Below, one piece after another: positions 47,918 to 61,900 of a DNA stretch of 64,000 nucleotides; within the stretch, counting starts at the first letter, position 1; each line of letters starts with the position of its first letter. The translations under genes were made by a program, and so were the position numbers. Source of the stretch: Nanobdellota archaeon (GTDB taxonomy: Archaea > Nanobdellota > Nanobdellia > Parvarchaeales > Parvarchaeaceae); the NCBI GenBank assembly GCA_021802505.1, contig JAJZXE010000002.1:11770-75769 (forward strand). The letters are read 5' to 3'. The notes under the pieces are model-generated. The model was not told the origin of the DNA and ran no database searches. It saw nothing but the letters and a program-made list of their open reading frames with translations.

Positions 47918-47959
47918 GTTAATAATTTGCTTTTTTGTATTTATATATTTGTGCCGGTG

Positions 47960-48406
47960 TTAAAATCCGGTCTTTACAAGATTCAGAATCTCCTCGGCGT
48001 GCCTGTCCGGCGAGACCTTGGGGTAAATCTTTATTATTTTTCCATTTTCATCGAGGATAAACGTGACCCTTGAAGCGCTTCCCGTGATGGATTTTATCCC
48101 TAATTTTGTGACAAGCTCTTTTTTCGGATCGCTTAACAGCGTAAACGGGATGGCATATTTTTCCTTGAATTTTTTATGCGAGTCTATATCATCAACGCTT
48201 ACACCAAAAACAGGTATATTCAATGACTTAAAGGAATTTATATTGTCCCGGAAACTGCACGCTTCTTTTGTGCATCCTGGAGTATCATCCTTAGGATAAA
48301 AATACAGTATGGTCTTTTTACCCTGTAAATCATACAGTGAAACTTCCTTGCCGTCATCCGATCCGAGTTTAAAATCTGGAAACTTGTCTCCTTCTTTTAC
48401 ATTCAT
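47960..48406 (-). CDS. bcp: Peroxiredoxin, Bcp-type thiol peroxidase
   Basis: 'PKDDTPGCTKEACSFRD' (peroxidatic Cys motif PxxxTxxC), 'FGVSVD' and 'TFILDENGKI'. The internal ATG ('MNVKEGDKFPDF') avoids overlap with nth. Confidence 0.85.
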   Translation of the reverse strand: MNVKEGDKFPDFKLGSDDGKEVSLYDLQGKKTILYFYPKDDTPGCTKEACSFRDNINSFKSLNIPVFGVSVDDIDSHKKFKEKYAIPFTLLSDPKKELVTKLGIKSITGSASRVTFILDENGKIIKIYPKVSPDRHAEEILNLVKTGF

Positions 48407-48445
48407 AAGATTATTATAAATGGCGTATTTTATATATGTTGTTAT

Positions 48446-49093
48446 ATGGGAACATTTGAACTGCTCCAACGTCAAAAGGCCGTAGAAGCAATAAACACAC
48501 TTGAAGAGAAGTACAGGAACGCAAAATACTATCTGAATTTCGACGGCGCTTTGCAGCTGATGGTTGCCGCGATACTATCGGCGCAGACGAAGGATACTCT
48601 TGTAAATGAAATAACCCCGGGACTGTTTCACAGATATAAAAACGTGGATGACTTTGCGAATGCGGAACCGGCTGAACTTACTGAATATATAAAAAGGGTA
48701 AGTTTCGCCGAAAACAAGGCAAAAAACATCATAAACTGCTGCAGGATCATCAATGAAAAGTATAACGGAAAAGTACCGGATAAAATGGATGATCTGCTTT
48801 CCCTGCCGGGGATAGGAAGAAAAACCGCCAATACCATACTCATAAATGCCTTTGGTATAGTGGAAGGAATACCTGTGGACACGTGGGTCATAAGGCTTTC
48901 CTACCGCATCGGATTGAGCAAAAGCGACAAACCCGATAAAATAGAGGAAGATCTTAAAGCCATTGTGGATAAAAAATACCGGAAGAACATAGCTTATGTA
49001 CTTAAGGAACACGGACACCTGATCTGCCATTCGTCCAAGCCAAAATGCGACAGCTGTCCGATAAAAGGAATTTGTCCGAAGAACGGAGTTTGA
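48446..49093 (+). CDS. nth: Endonuclease III (DNA glycosylase/AP lyase, HhH-GPD with 4Fe-4S)
   Basis: 'LMVAAILSAQTKD', 'LPGIGRKTAN' (HhH-GPD), catalytic 'VDTWV', and the C-terminal 'CHSSKPKCDSCPIKGIC' (Cx6Cx2Cx5C). Confidence 0.9.
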   Translation: MGTFELLQRQKAVEAINTLEEKYRNAKYYLNFDGALQLMVAAILSAQTKDTLVNEITPGLFHRYKNVDDFANAEPAELTEYIKRVSFAENKAKNIINCCRIINEKYNGKVPDKMDDLLSLPGIGRKTANTILINAFGIVEGIPVDTWVIRLSYRIGLSKSDKPDKIEEDLKAIVDKKYRKNIAYVLKEHGHLICHSSKPKCDSCPIKGICPKNGV

Positions 49094-49227
49094 TGCCTAA
49101 TTATTTAATTTTAACTTAAATTTACAGTGAATAAATATGAATTAATAATTTCATCATATAAAAGAGAGAAAAAAAGCAAAAGTATTTATTAGAGTTATCA
49201 TCTATAATAGATAAGGGGGATGAAAAT

Positions 49228-49323
49228 ATGTCAAGCATAGTATTGGTGGGTGCAGCGGTTTTATATTTGCTGATACTGGTAGCGATAATACTGAGAAATA
49301 ACTCCCTGGCTTCGAGAGTTTAG
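49228..49323 (+). CDS. Candidate 31-aa hydrophobic micro-protein
   Basis: MSSIVLVGAAVLYLLILVAIILRNNSLASRV. Preceded by a purine-rich 'aaggggga' 8 nt upstream. Single TM helix. Sits in a 263-bp intergenic gap and is absent from the >=60-aa ORF track. Confidence 0.25.
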   Translation: MSSIVLVGAAVLYLLILVAIILRNNSLASRV

Positions 49324-49356
49324 AGAGAATGGCTCAGTACCGCTTAGCGGAAGGTA

Positions 49357-49875
49357 TCAAGGTTTACTCTGATTTGTAAACCTGCCGGAATATTTTGCTT
49401 TTCCTTTCAGTTCTTCCAGCACTATCTGGCAGATTTTTGTTTCAGGCCTTATGGCCAGCGCTATCGGTGACAGATTTGCCATTTCTAAGACTATCTTACC
49501 GGTCGTACCGGGCTGCATAAAACCACTGCTTACATGCGTCAGTAAACCCAGTCTGGCAAATCTTGACCTGCCGTCCACTCTTGCAGAGATATTCTGCGGC
49601 AACGAGATTTTTTCTATGGTTATTGCATGAACCAGCTCCCCTGGTTGAATTAAAAAACTTCCGCCTTTTTTAATCCTGACCTCCTGTGTCAGTTTCCGGT
49701 AATCTGTGGAATCATCGACAGTTACTACTTTGTTTACCTTTTTGAATATCCTGAAAACGTATCCTAACCTAAGATCTACAGACCCCGGGCCTATCTGATT
49801 CCTGTTTAAAGGCGAGATTTTCAGATCTCCGGAATCCAGAAGTTTAATGATTTCATCGTGTGATAATACTGACAT
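49357..49875 (-). CDS. dcd: dCTP deaminase (dUTPase-fold)
   Basis: 'MSVLSHDEIIKLLDSGDLKISPL...GPGSVDLRLG' and 'HVSSGFMQPGTTGKIVLEMANLSP' match the Dcd family. Confidence 0.85.
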   Translation of the reverse strand: MSVLSHDEIIKLLDSGDLKISPLNRNQIGPGSVDLRLGYVFRIFKKVNKVVTVDDSTDYRKLTQEVRIKKGGSFLIQPGELVHAITIEKISLPQNISARVDGRSRFARLGLLTHVSSGFMQPGTTGKIVLEMANLSPIALAIRPETKICQIVLEELKGKAKYSGRFTNQSKP

Positions 49876-49939
49876 ATTCTAGTAATCATTCTTTACAGTT
49901 AAAAACTTTATATTTTAATTCAAATAAAGAAGATAAAAA

Positions 49940-52900
49940 CTAGGAAACGCTGCTGAAAGTCACGGATGGCATCACTCCTGCTGGAGGATAGGCACGGGTG
50001 CGAACCCAATAGACATTTAGGTTGTAAGAAGTAGAAAACGTTGTTTGTGCAGGGTTAAGATAATAAGACACTGTTACATAAAGAGGCGTAGCAGGAACAT
50101 CGGTTGTTGTACTCCCCCAATTTGTATATCCATATTGAACTGATGTGGAACCGTTGTCAGGATACAATACTCCAAAAATATGATAATTACTATCGCTTGT
50201 TATTTGTGAAGTATCAAAATAGTTAGCAGCTGAAGTAGTCGTAGTTTCGGCTGTTATCGTAGAGTGGGCTTGTACATTTCCCGCCCAACCTACAGCGTTT
50301 TCGTTTTCACCATTGTCAGCGTGCCAAGCAGTATTATTTAAAGCAGTTAATGCGTCGGGCACTATTCTAAAATTAGTAGTGTCGAAAGAATTAGTATTGG
50401 CATAACTTTCCAATATTTGCGCCCCGCTTACAGTATAAGAAGCAGATGAGAGATAAACATAACTTCCTGCAGCTGCATTATAAGGAACCACTTCTGTAAG
50501 TCCATTATCAATGGTCAGTGTTCCGCCGCTATTACCGCTGTTCCATTTAGTCGTGTTAAGGCTTGTCCCTGCGAAGTTGTCATAGAAATTGAATACATTA
50601 GCCCCGTCATCATACTCACCGTAATTGGGAGAAAGTGTGGGGGCTTCTCCTGTGGTCTTGTTGTTGAAAAGATTAGTAGAATTGGAGGCAAATCCTATAT
50701 ATATTGTAATCGATGAAGAAGCAGGTATACTTCCGGTTTTGATCCAATAAAGGGCATTTTTGGAATAAGAGTAGTTCTCAAGCCATGATGGTATTAAAGT
50801 TCCATTGGGATAAAAGAATTCGATATTCTGGAAATTGGGAGCTGCATAACCTTTATACACTGAAGACGTCATATTTATCATCTGCTGGAACGGCTGAGGT
50901 GTAGCTGCAGACTGAGAATTGTTTATTGCGATTTTAGCATAATTTTCTACGGATGCTGGTATAACAGCCTGCCCAAAACTTATGGAAGGCATCACTCCGC
51001 TAGGTGGATAAGCGCGGACGCGAACCCAGTTTGCATGAATTATATTATTCGGGGAGCCCGGCCCGGGATTTCCAAGCGTCAAATAAAAAACAGGATTATT
51101 GTAGTTAGTTTCGGATGCAGTCATATTGTTATCGACGGAATAGGTGGTAGTTAGTATACTGGCGGTGATTGACGAGGTATTTTTTATGATGACTTGTGCT
51201 ATATAGGTTCCATTTGTACTCACGTTCTGTGCACCATTGAGGAGTGCCACCTTTCCATTATAATACCATCCACCTCTGGAATTTGCCCAAGCATTGACAT
51301 CAAATTGGTCACTGGTTGCACTTGGTGTTATGTAATTAGAACCGCCTATCATTACCATATTCGTAGAATTGATAATATCCCCCAGACTTTCAGCAATAAA
51401 AGGCGCACTGAATGTTTGATTGCTGTAAGTTATACCATCGTACGCAAAAGACCCTGCTGTGCCACCAGGTGTAATTGTAACTCCATTATTTACAGCGACA
51501 GTTACCCCACTTGGTCCGCTATTCCATCCGGCCTTTAATGTAGTCCCGGCAAAATTGTCATAGAAATTGAATACGTTGGCACCGTCATCATACTCTGCAT
51601 ATGTTGGAGATAGCTGAGGAGCCTCACCGGTAGTTTTGTTATTGAAAAGATCTGTTGAATTGTGAACCAGGCCGATTACTATGTTTGTTATGGTGGTGTT
51701 GGCTGGTATTCCATCTGGCAATTTAATCCAGAACAAAGCATACTTTGAAGTGTAATTCTCAAGCCATGAGTTTATCTTTTTATCACTGGTTTTGTTGTAA
51801 AACACCACATTCTGGAACTGGTGTCCACTGCTTAAGTTTATGTACTGCTTGTAATTTGAATAGGATAGGTTCACCAGCTCCTGGAATGGTGCTGGAGTGG
51901 CGGTTGACTGTACATTGGTTATATTTATCGGCAGGTAATAATCCAAAAGCGTAGATAAGCTAGGATTAATTACCCTCTTTATAGTTACAGAATTTGAGGT
52001 ATAATTTGCATTTCCACTGGTATTCAGTACAATCGTGTAGTTATTTGCATACTTTCCTAAGTTTATCGTCGTTGTCGTTGTTATTGTTTTATTAAGAACT
52101 CCGTTTATGTATAACGTTGCCGTTACCTGGCTGTTAATAGTAGATATTGCTGCAGTCACAGTAAGATTTGTTCCATTGTATGTGTAGTTTACACCCGGTT
52201 TTGAGGTCAAACTGAGAGAAGGTACCGCTTTGTTTATCGTCTCATAATAAGATATGTTGTTTATACTACTTGAATTTGATCCTCCAATAACTCTAATCTT
52301 GCCGATGGATGGACTGCTGGCATAAGTCGAAATATTCCTGGAAAATGACGTTAAAGACGTAACTGAGTTATTTATTATATCCCATAGTTTTACATAATTG
52401 TTATTGGATTCAACGGTAAAATTGCTTGTTTGACCGTAAATTGCAGTCACATTATTGTTTGAAAGTCCGTTTATAAACAGATTTATCGGATTTGTAACGA
52501 GATTGTTGAATTTTACAGATGGTATTATTCCGTCCGGAGGAGCAGTTGGAGAGTAATAACTTACTGCGTTGTTTGACCACAAAGCGGTATACGCTCCGCC
52601 TCCGTCCTCGTAATAATCCATTTCTATCCTAACGGTTCCTAAACTAGATTCTACCCCGCTGTAGGCTGTAAAAGGCTCTGTATGCCACTGGCTTACAAGA
52701 TTATTCGGATTTGAGGTTCCTCCTAACCAATAAGCGCCGTTTCCCTGTCCTGCCGTTGTAGAGTAACCCAGGGCTATTCCGTCATCGGAGCCGACGTAAA
52801 AAGTAGTTGCCGAATTGACCTCCGCCCATCCTATTGCTTTTATTATCCATGAATTGCCGGTGTTTGATACGGGCGGATTCGGATATGCCGCTCCGCCGCT

Positions 52901-55900
52901 GTATCCTTCCTGATAATTAATTACTACATTTGATTTGGTTGTTCCGTCTACATCCTGAGAGCTGCCCGATAAAGCGGTATAAAATGGTATGGTAGAAGAT
53001 ACCATCGAAGCACATGAACTTATGGTGACACCGTCGTTTAATGTGGCTGAATATACGTTATTCTGATAACTTCCGCTGTCACACGCCCCACCGGAATCAT
53101 AGTAGATCTGATACTGCAATCCGCTGTTCATCACATTACCGATATCATTGTACTGTCCGTAAGTCGATGACAACTGAGGTGCTTCACCCCTTGTTTTATT
53201 GTTGAAAAGATCTGTTGAATTAGAAGCAAAACCCACGGCTATGTCAAATAAAGTCGTATTTGCCTGTATACCGTTTGGCAGCTTAATCCAATAGATAGCA
53301 TAACCTGTGCCGCTGCTGATGTGATAGCTTTCCAGCCATGAATTTATTGGCTTGCCAGTTGTAGTATTAAAGAATTCAAGATTCTGGAGGGAGTGAGCAC
53401 CGCTTTGATTTATGTACTTACTGTTTGCCGAAGTTATGGTCAAATTTATCATCTGCTGGAATGGCTGTGCCGTAGAAATCGTCTCCGGATTCGTTATATT
53501 CAGAACCTGATACTTGTAGACTGAAACAGGTGTGGCTAGGGATTTCTTAGAAAATGATATAGCCAAGGAACCGTTTGATTCCATATATCCTTTGGTAATA
53601 TTAGGAATGTATACTGCCGTAGAAGTCGTTATATTATCCGGTAAAGAAAAGCTGTAGTTGCCTAGTAAATCCGTAAAATGGATAACATTAATATCGGAAG
53701 TATGCGTTTTTCCGTTGTATATAACTTTCCATGCGGTGTTAGAAGGCAGACCGGTTTCATTGAATGACGGAGTGTAATTCCAAAGCGATATGTTTGTGGA
53801 TACTCCCGCCTTAGTCATTCCCAGAGAATAACCTTTTGAAAATCCTGCTTTATAAGAGTAGATGCCTGATCCGGAAGAGAGCGAGGTTATTGAAATGTTT
53901 TTTGGAGTTATATTGCTTCTGTTTACTCCATTATAATCTACCCACCAGGTAATGTTATTTGGCAGGTTGTTCTCAATAAATTTATTTGTACAGTTCCACC
54001 CTATAAAGAAGGATATGGATCCGGCTTGAACATATTTAGACTGTGTTGAGCAGGATGAATTAGTTGACGCGGTAGCAGTGTAATTTCCGAATGGCGTATC
54101 GGGCACTGTTATTGTTCCGTTAGGTAAAATAAATGTTACTTTTGGCATAACCCCGTTGGGATACGAAATAGGCAGTGTTGGTGCCGTTAATATAAATCCA
54201 CCGGGCCCACAGCCACCGCCTCCATTTCCTCTTGAAGTGGCGAGTTTATACTCTCCGGGCGGCAAATAAATCGAGCCGTATGAGCTCAGACAGTATGGTG
54301 TATTAAAGAAGTGATTGTAGTAACCTACTCCGTTTGAAGCACCTGTTATACTTAATCCAGAATAACCTCCGTTACCTCCCGCCATATATATGTTAACATC
54401 TCCACCTCCCCATGAACAAATCATGTTTAGATTTCCGCCATATTCCATATTAAAGAAATTACCACATGAGGTGTAATTTTCACTTAGCTCTGCCGGAAGT
54501 TGAGAGCCGGTTGAAGGTTGAGGGTAAGGACCTAGATCTATAGATGTACTGTTACTAAGCTTAGCTAACACAACCGTTGAATTGGAAGCAAATCCTATGT
54601 AGATATTGGTGGATGAATTAGCGGGTATACTGCCGGGATTAAGCCAGTACACGGAGTATTTACTATAGATATAGTTCGCGAGCCAAGAGGGTATTATAGT
54701 GCCGTTCTGGTAGAAAAACTCAACGTTTTGGAAATTTGAAGCGGCCAGACCTGCGTAGATACTGTGGCTGAGATTTACAACCTGCTGTAAAGGAGAAACT
54801 GTCGAAACACCCTGTGAATTGTGTATCTTTATAACCCTGTAATATTTTATATACGCAGGTACCGCCCCTGGTATAGCAGAACTTACAGAACTTACATTCT
54901 TTCCGTCAAATGAAACAGACCATAATGAGTTTGGCGCTAAACCATTCTGAACAAACGACGTAGTGCAGATATCGGATAGTGAAAAATGAATGTTTATGTT
55001 GGTACCAGCGTTCTCTTCCGCTTGTGTAATATTAGGAGTATAAGTTGACGTACAGTTCAATGTTGAGGATACATTTGAAAGCACAGGAACTGATAAATTA
55101 TAACGTCCTGAAACTGTGCTGAACATTATAGAATTGGATGTCGCTGATTTATTTATTCCATTGAACAATGCGTACCAGTTATATCCTTGAGGAAGACCGG
55201 TTTCATTAAGATAAGTAGTAACGAGGGTTGTATTTATATCAATTGAAGGCATCACTCCTACTGGTGGGTAAGCACGTGTACGAACCCACCTAACATAAAT
55301 TGGATTGGTATATTCATTTGTTAAGGCTAAAAATATCGTTGAACTAAAAGCTGGAATATTAGTTGTTATTGTTTGTCCTGCGTTTGGTGCAGAGGAATAA
55401 GAATTAAGATAATAAATTATTCTAGATTCAGTAGCAGATATGGAATAAATGTTATATGTGTTAGTAGGATATGAACCTATTTTGTTTTGTATGCCGGCAG
55501 AAGAATATGCGTTTGTATACCAATTTCCATCCTTATAAACTTGTATCCCGAAAGCGGGGTTACCACCAAAATATGTACCCGGTACCGTATTCGTCATGCC
55601 CCAGCGAAATGTTGTAGATGCCGATGGGCTGTCTTCGTAAACATCTAAAATTATATTAGAATTCCACTGTATATTTGTATCTGCAATCCATGTTTCATGG
55701 CTTAATCCTCCCGTTCCTCCTCCAGTTAGTGATAGACTATTATTTACTGAAATACCGCTAAGAGAACCAGAGGTTTGATCACTACCGTAGCTATTCCATT
55801 TTGTAGTGTTCAAGCTCGTCCCTGCGAAATTGTCATAGAAGTTGAATACGTTGGCACCGTCATCATACTCTGCATATGTTGCTGATAATTGAGGAGCTTC

Positions 55901-58900
55901 GCCGGTAGTTTTGTTATTGAAGTTATTTGCGTACTGTAGCAATGTCCGGTTGAATATCATGTAGATAGTTATACCGCTTTTTGATGGAATACTCTTTATC
56001 TTAAGCCAATAAACAGTATTATTTGATCTGTTTGAATTCCCGGACTCAAGCCATGAAGGTATAACGCTACCGTTCTGATAAGTGAACATTATATTGGAAA
56101 GCCGGGAATTCTCATATCCGGAATACTTTGAAGAGTTAAAGCTAAGCATCTGCTGGAAAGGCTGAGAAGTCGAAATGTTCTGCGAGTTGTAAAAGGATAC
56201 CGGAAGAACAAACGGCTTTTCATAAGCCGATGTATCATTTGAAAATGCGACCGTTAGATTGCTGCCTGCCGGCAGATATGTCCTGCTTACGTTGGAAACA
56301 AAGCCGGAATTGTATTTAACTACAGGATACACAACAAGGGTGTAATTGCTGCTGTATGAAGTGATGAACTTTAAAGTGTTGTTGACAGACAATCCGTTTT
56401 TACCGCCAAATTCCGCTTCCCATTTATAACCCTGCGGAAGACCCGCTTCCTTGAAATAGCTGTAGCATATGCTTGAAAAGGTTATGTTTACTGATGAACC
56501 GGATGTAAAATTTTCTTTTGTAATCGAGGGCGTAAAAGTGCACTGACCCTGTTTTATGGTGTTTGTGGAGAATGTAAAAGTCCCGTATGTTGTATTAAAT
56601 GACAACACTGTAGTATTTGAGCTGTTTGACTGCGAATTATATTCCGCAGACCATGTTGTTTCCGAAGGCAATCCGGTCTCCCTGAAGGTGGTGATGCAGT
56701 ATGAATGACTGAAAGATACAGAAATGATGGAATCCGCGGAGATATTTCCGCTCTGCGGAGAAGGAGTATAGACGCAACCGTTTACCGTTTGATCCGGCAC
56801 GGTGAATGAATAGGTCCCTTTCGATGAATTTATTGCAATGGTGGAAGTGGTTGATGAATTTGATACGCCTGCAAAGGTGACATTCCATTTTGTAGAAGAA
56901 GGAAGACCGCTCTCCCTGAAGGTGGTGATGCAGTATTTCTCTGTGAACTTCAACTGCGTATAATTACCGGAAACCAGATAGCCGCTGGAGCTGTTTGAGT
57001 AATAGAAACAGTTGCTGTTGTTTACTGCGGGGACTAAAAATGAGTAATTTCCTGGCGGAACATTGAATAGGATAGTAGACTGGGAAGATGAATTGTCTAT
57101 GCCGTCGTATGTAACCTTCCATGTAGTTCCAGAAGGCAGACCTGTCTCTGTAAACCCTGTAAAACAGTTACTGGCAAATGTTATACTCTTGTTGGAACCT
57201 GCCAGTATACTGCCGGATGAAGGCGTGGGATCCAGATAGCAGTTAGCCGAGACCTGTATTGAAGACACTGTAAAGGAAAAATTACTGTAGATAGAGGAGA
57301 TAAGCAGTGATGAGGTGGAGGAGAAGTTAGTTATCCCGTCGTATGTAACCTTCCATGTAGTTCCAGAAGGCAGACCTGTCTCATTGAAATAGGTGTTACA
57401 TAGCGCGGAATAGCCTATTGTAATGGAGGTTCCGGCGGACAGGTGACCAGATAATGGTGAAGGCGTGAAAAGGCAGTTGCCGCTCTTTATCGTGTACGCG
57501 GTGAAGTTAAAGGTCCCGGGAGAAGTGACAAAGGAGATCAGATTACCGGTGCTGTCATTCTCGGTCTTGTTCGCACCGTTATATGACAGGGTAAAATTGA
57601 TGTTTTTTGGCAGTCCAGACTCCTTAAAGTAAGATGTACATCTTGTCTGATTAAATACAAGATATATATTCGAGCCGGCTGCAGCCGTTGAATTCGTAGT
57701 TACCGTGTAAAAACAGTTGTCTATGGTCAGGTTGCTTATAGAATATGCAAATTTACCCGGCGGCGTGATGAAAGAAATTTCGCTGCTATTGGAAGTTTCG
57801 TTTATCCCGTCATAAACAACGTTCCACTTCGAACTTTTAGGCAGGCCATTCTCTATGAAGTTGGTAGTGCAGCCGCCAGAATAATTTATTATCTTGGAAG
57901 AGCCGGCTGCCAAACCGCCCGAAGAAGGAGAAGGCTGGTAATAACATGTGGAATTCCCGACATAGGATGCGGAGAAGACGTACGTGCCGTTTAGCGATGG
58001 AACTTTTATCGAATTTGTATTAGAAGACGTGGCAATTCCATTGTAGGTTATACTCCAGGTCGTATTCAACGGCAAACCGGTTTCATTGAATGTAGTATAA
58101 CACTTTGCGGAAAAATGGATCTTCTGCAACGACCCCGTCACTGTACTGCCACTGCTTGGGGAACTATAATACGTACAACCGCCTATTTTTACGTTTGCAA
58201 CGGACAGCTTAAATATCCCTGCCGGAGTAACCACGGAAACATTCCGTGAAGAAGTAGACAATTGTATCCCGTCATAAGTAAGATTCCATTTCGTCCCAGA
58301 AGGAAGACCGCTCTCAATAAAAGTGGTGTTGCAGGTGTTTTCTGTAAAAGTTATGGCCTCGGAAGACCCTGCTTTCAGGGTGCCGGATGGCGGCGATGGG
58401 AGATAGCTGCAGCCGGAATATATGGAGGAGTATGAAGAGAAGGAATAACTGCTGTTAGAAGTCACAAAGGTTATGTTCTGATTTGATGACTTCTTTGTAA
58501 CGCCGTTATAGGTTATATTCCACAATGCACCTGAAGGAAGAGACTGCTGCATGAATGTAGTGTTGCATTCCAAAGTGTAGGAGATGGCTACGGAACTTCC
58601 TGCAGAAAGCGAACCCTTGGTAGTATCCGGCTGGTAATAGCAGCCGCTGCCGACGCTGACTATGGAAGGATAGTAGGTATGACTGCCGGGAGAAGCCAGT
58701 ATTATTATTTTGCTGCCTGATGAACTGTTTGTGATGCCGTTGAAGTCAACGCTCCATTTTGTAGACGAAGGAAGACCTGTCTCGTTGAAATAGGTGGCGC
58801 AGAAATTATTATAGACTATATTAACCGTACTGCCTATCTTCGCCAGTCCGCTGTTGCTTGTAAGATTAATGTTACAGCCGCTTACAGAGATATTTTTTGG

Positions 58901-61900
58901 AAGGATTAAATAACTGAAGGAGGAGGGGGAAAAGGAAGTATTGAAGCTTATCGAATTTGATGTTGATTTGCTGAAACTGCCGTTGTATGTAACGTTCCAC
59001 GGATAACTCTGCGGAAGATTGTTTTCCTTGAAAGTCGTAATGCAGTAATCCGGAGCAAACTCTATCGTCAAAGACGAGCCCGATCCTACAGTACCACGTG
59101 TCATATTCGGAACATAATTACAGCCGTTGGAAAAAACATTGTAGGATGAAAAGTTATATTGTCCGTTGAGAGCAGTGAACGTAAGTATATTTGATGATGA
59201 AGTTCCGTTCAAGCCATTATATTTTACTGTCCATAATGCACCGGAGGGAAGACCGCTCTCCCTGAATGTGGTAATACAGTCATCCGAGAACGTTATCTTT
59301 AGGTTCTGCCCGGCCGCTATTCCCCCGGAAGAAGGGGCCGGTACAAAAGAACATGAAGAGGTTATAGGTATGCCGGGGACGCTGAACGACCTTGACTCGT
59401 TCTGTGAAATCCATTCGACGTGCGATGAGTTCGTAGACAAATTATTGCCCTGATACACATAATTACCATTTACCAGATAGGGTTTCAGATCGAAGTACCA
59501 TTTCGTCCCAGGAAGGCCTTTTTCAGATATATTGGAATAGCACGTAGCCGAGAAGTGCAAGCCGATGGAACTGCCGGCCTTTACAACGGATGGATAAGAA
59601 GTGGAAAATATACAATTGCTTACATTCACTGCAGGCACGGCAAGAGAAAAATTGCCGGCGTTTGTAACGAAACTGGTCTCGTTTGTACCTGAAGAATTGG
59701 TATAATTGAAAGTGGCGTTCCAATCCTGGTTTTCTGGCAGACCCCTCTCCGTAAGATATGTTGTACATGTGGTAGGTGTGAAGGAAACATTTACGGACGA
59801 GCCGGAAGTTGTGTTTCTGCTTTTAGTCAGGGGGGCGAAATTGCAGTTATGCCCGTGTTCATTGTACAGTTTAAAGGAATAATTACCGGGAATCTGAAGT
59901 ATGCTCAGCTTATTGGAATTGGAGGAAACCGTTGCCCCATTGTATGTCACCGACCATAGAGTACCGGAATAAAGACCGTTTTCCACAAAAGTCGTTGTGC
60001 ATTCCTTTATGAAATTCAGGTTCACCGTAACTCCTGCGGTGTCATTTCCTGAAAGGGGCTGCGGATAATAATGACACGTACCCCCTGCCGGAACCTCTGC
60101 AACGCTGTAGGAATAATTGCCGTAAAGAGACGTAAAAGAAATAGAATTAGAGGAGGAACTTTTATTCTGACCGGCAAAGTATGCAGTCCAATCCATTGAA
60201 GAAGGAAGACCGCTCTCTTTAAAGGCAGTAATGCAGGAGCTACTGAAATTTTCCGATACATTTGCACCCGCCTGCACCGCTCCCGAACCGTTTTCCGGGG
60301 AGAAAACACAGTTTCCGATGGAAAGTTTCGGCACTGAAAAAGAATAGCTGCCTGGGACGGAGGTGAATTGTATTTTATTTGACTGCGAGTCTGTGGTACT
60401 GCCGTTTAAGGCGGCCTGCCATGACGCCCCTGCCGGCAGATCTTTTTCCGTAAAGATTGTATCGCATGACGTCAGACTGAAGGATACGTGCACCGGATGT
60501 CCAACCAGTATAGAACCGGAAGTCACATTCGGTTCATAGAAGCAGTTCTTATAATCCGCGGTAGATATCTGATAGTAATACTTTCCAGGCTGCATCAGGA
60601 ATGAGATATTCTGCGTAACAGAGTTTTTCTTTATCCCGTTGTATGTAACAGACCAGTTGGCGCCCTGCGGCAGACCTGGATCTATAAAAGCAGTGACGCA
60701 CTCATTCACGTACAATATCGACTCGTTCCCGCCGGCCGCTGCACTGCCTGATGACGGCGAAGGGACGTAATAACAGCCGCCGCCGGATAAGACCGACGAA
60801 GCATTGAAAGAATAGGAACCGTTTACAGTGTGGAAAAACATCGTATTTGAAAGTGTTGATCTGGTTTTGCCGTCATAAGTAACGGACCAGTTGTCATTGG
60901 AAGGAAGACCGCTTTCAAAGAATTCTGTGCTGCATGCGCCAGAGAAATGGATGTTCTGCAGTGCCCCCGCAGTTATGCTGCCGTTCGCCGGATAAGGTGT
61001 GTAAGTACAGTTGCCTATTATTATCGTGGAAACGTTATAGCTAAAAACCGTATTCGGATAGTAGGGAAATTCTATCGTAGAATTATACGAACCGTCTCTC
61101 GTCTGGTTGTCATACTCCACCTCCCATGAGATACCCTGCGGCAGACCGGATGACGCAAAATCGGTGTGACAGACCTTGGAAAAGGCAATCGTAGCCGTTG
61201 CACTGGCAGACAGATTACCAGATGAAGGCGCAGGGGAATAGATACAGCCGCCGCGCGTAGAATTGAAGACATTAAAGGAGAAATTTCCCGGAGCAGTACT
61301 GAAGGTTATAGAAGAAGACGCTGAATTTAATATTATACCGTCATAAGCGACGGACCACTCAAGTCCTGCCGGTAATCCTCTCTCATGAAAAGTAGATATA
61401 CATGCAGGGGTAAACACCACTGTGATTCTGGACCCTGATGACAGCGGGGATGATGCATTTGAAGAAGGATAGTATGTACAATTGTTTACCACGACATTAT
61501 TTACGGAGAATGGAAAACTGCCTAAACCAACGAAGAAGGAAATATTGTCAGGGGACTTATTATACAAGGAAGACGAATCGTAATTTACCTGCCATGTTTC
61601 GTTTACCGGCAATCCCTCCTCGTAAAATCCAGTAAGACAAGAAGAGGAAAAATTTATCGGGATTATGCTTCCGGGAGCCGCAGAGCCTGCTGCGGGGTCG
61701 GGAGTAAAAAGACAGTTACCAAGCGATACTTTGCTCACGGTAAAATTGGAAGTGAAGTTTGCCGGAGATGGTATAAAAGAGATACTGCCGGAAGCGGACG
61801 CATTATCCATGTTATCGTATGAAACGTTCCACTCAATACCGGTCGGCAGACCATTTTCCAGGAATACCACCTTATTCGTCTTAACAGTGCAGGGAGTTAT

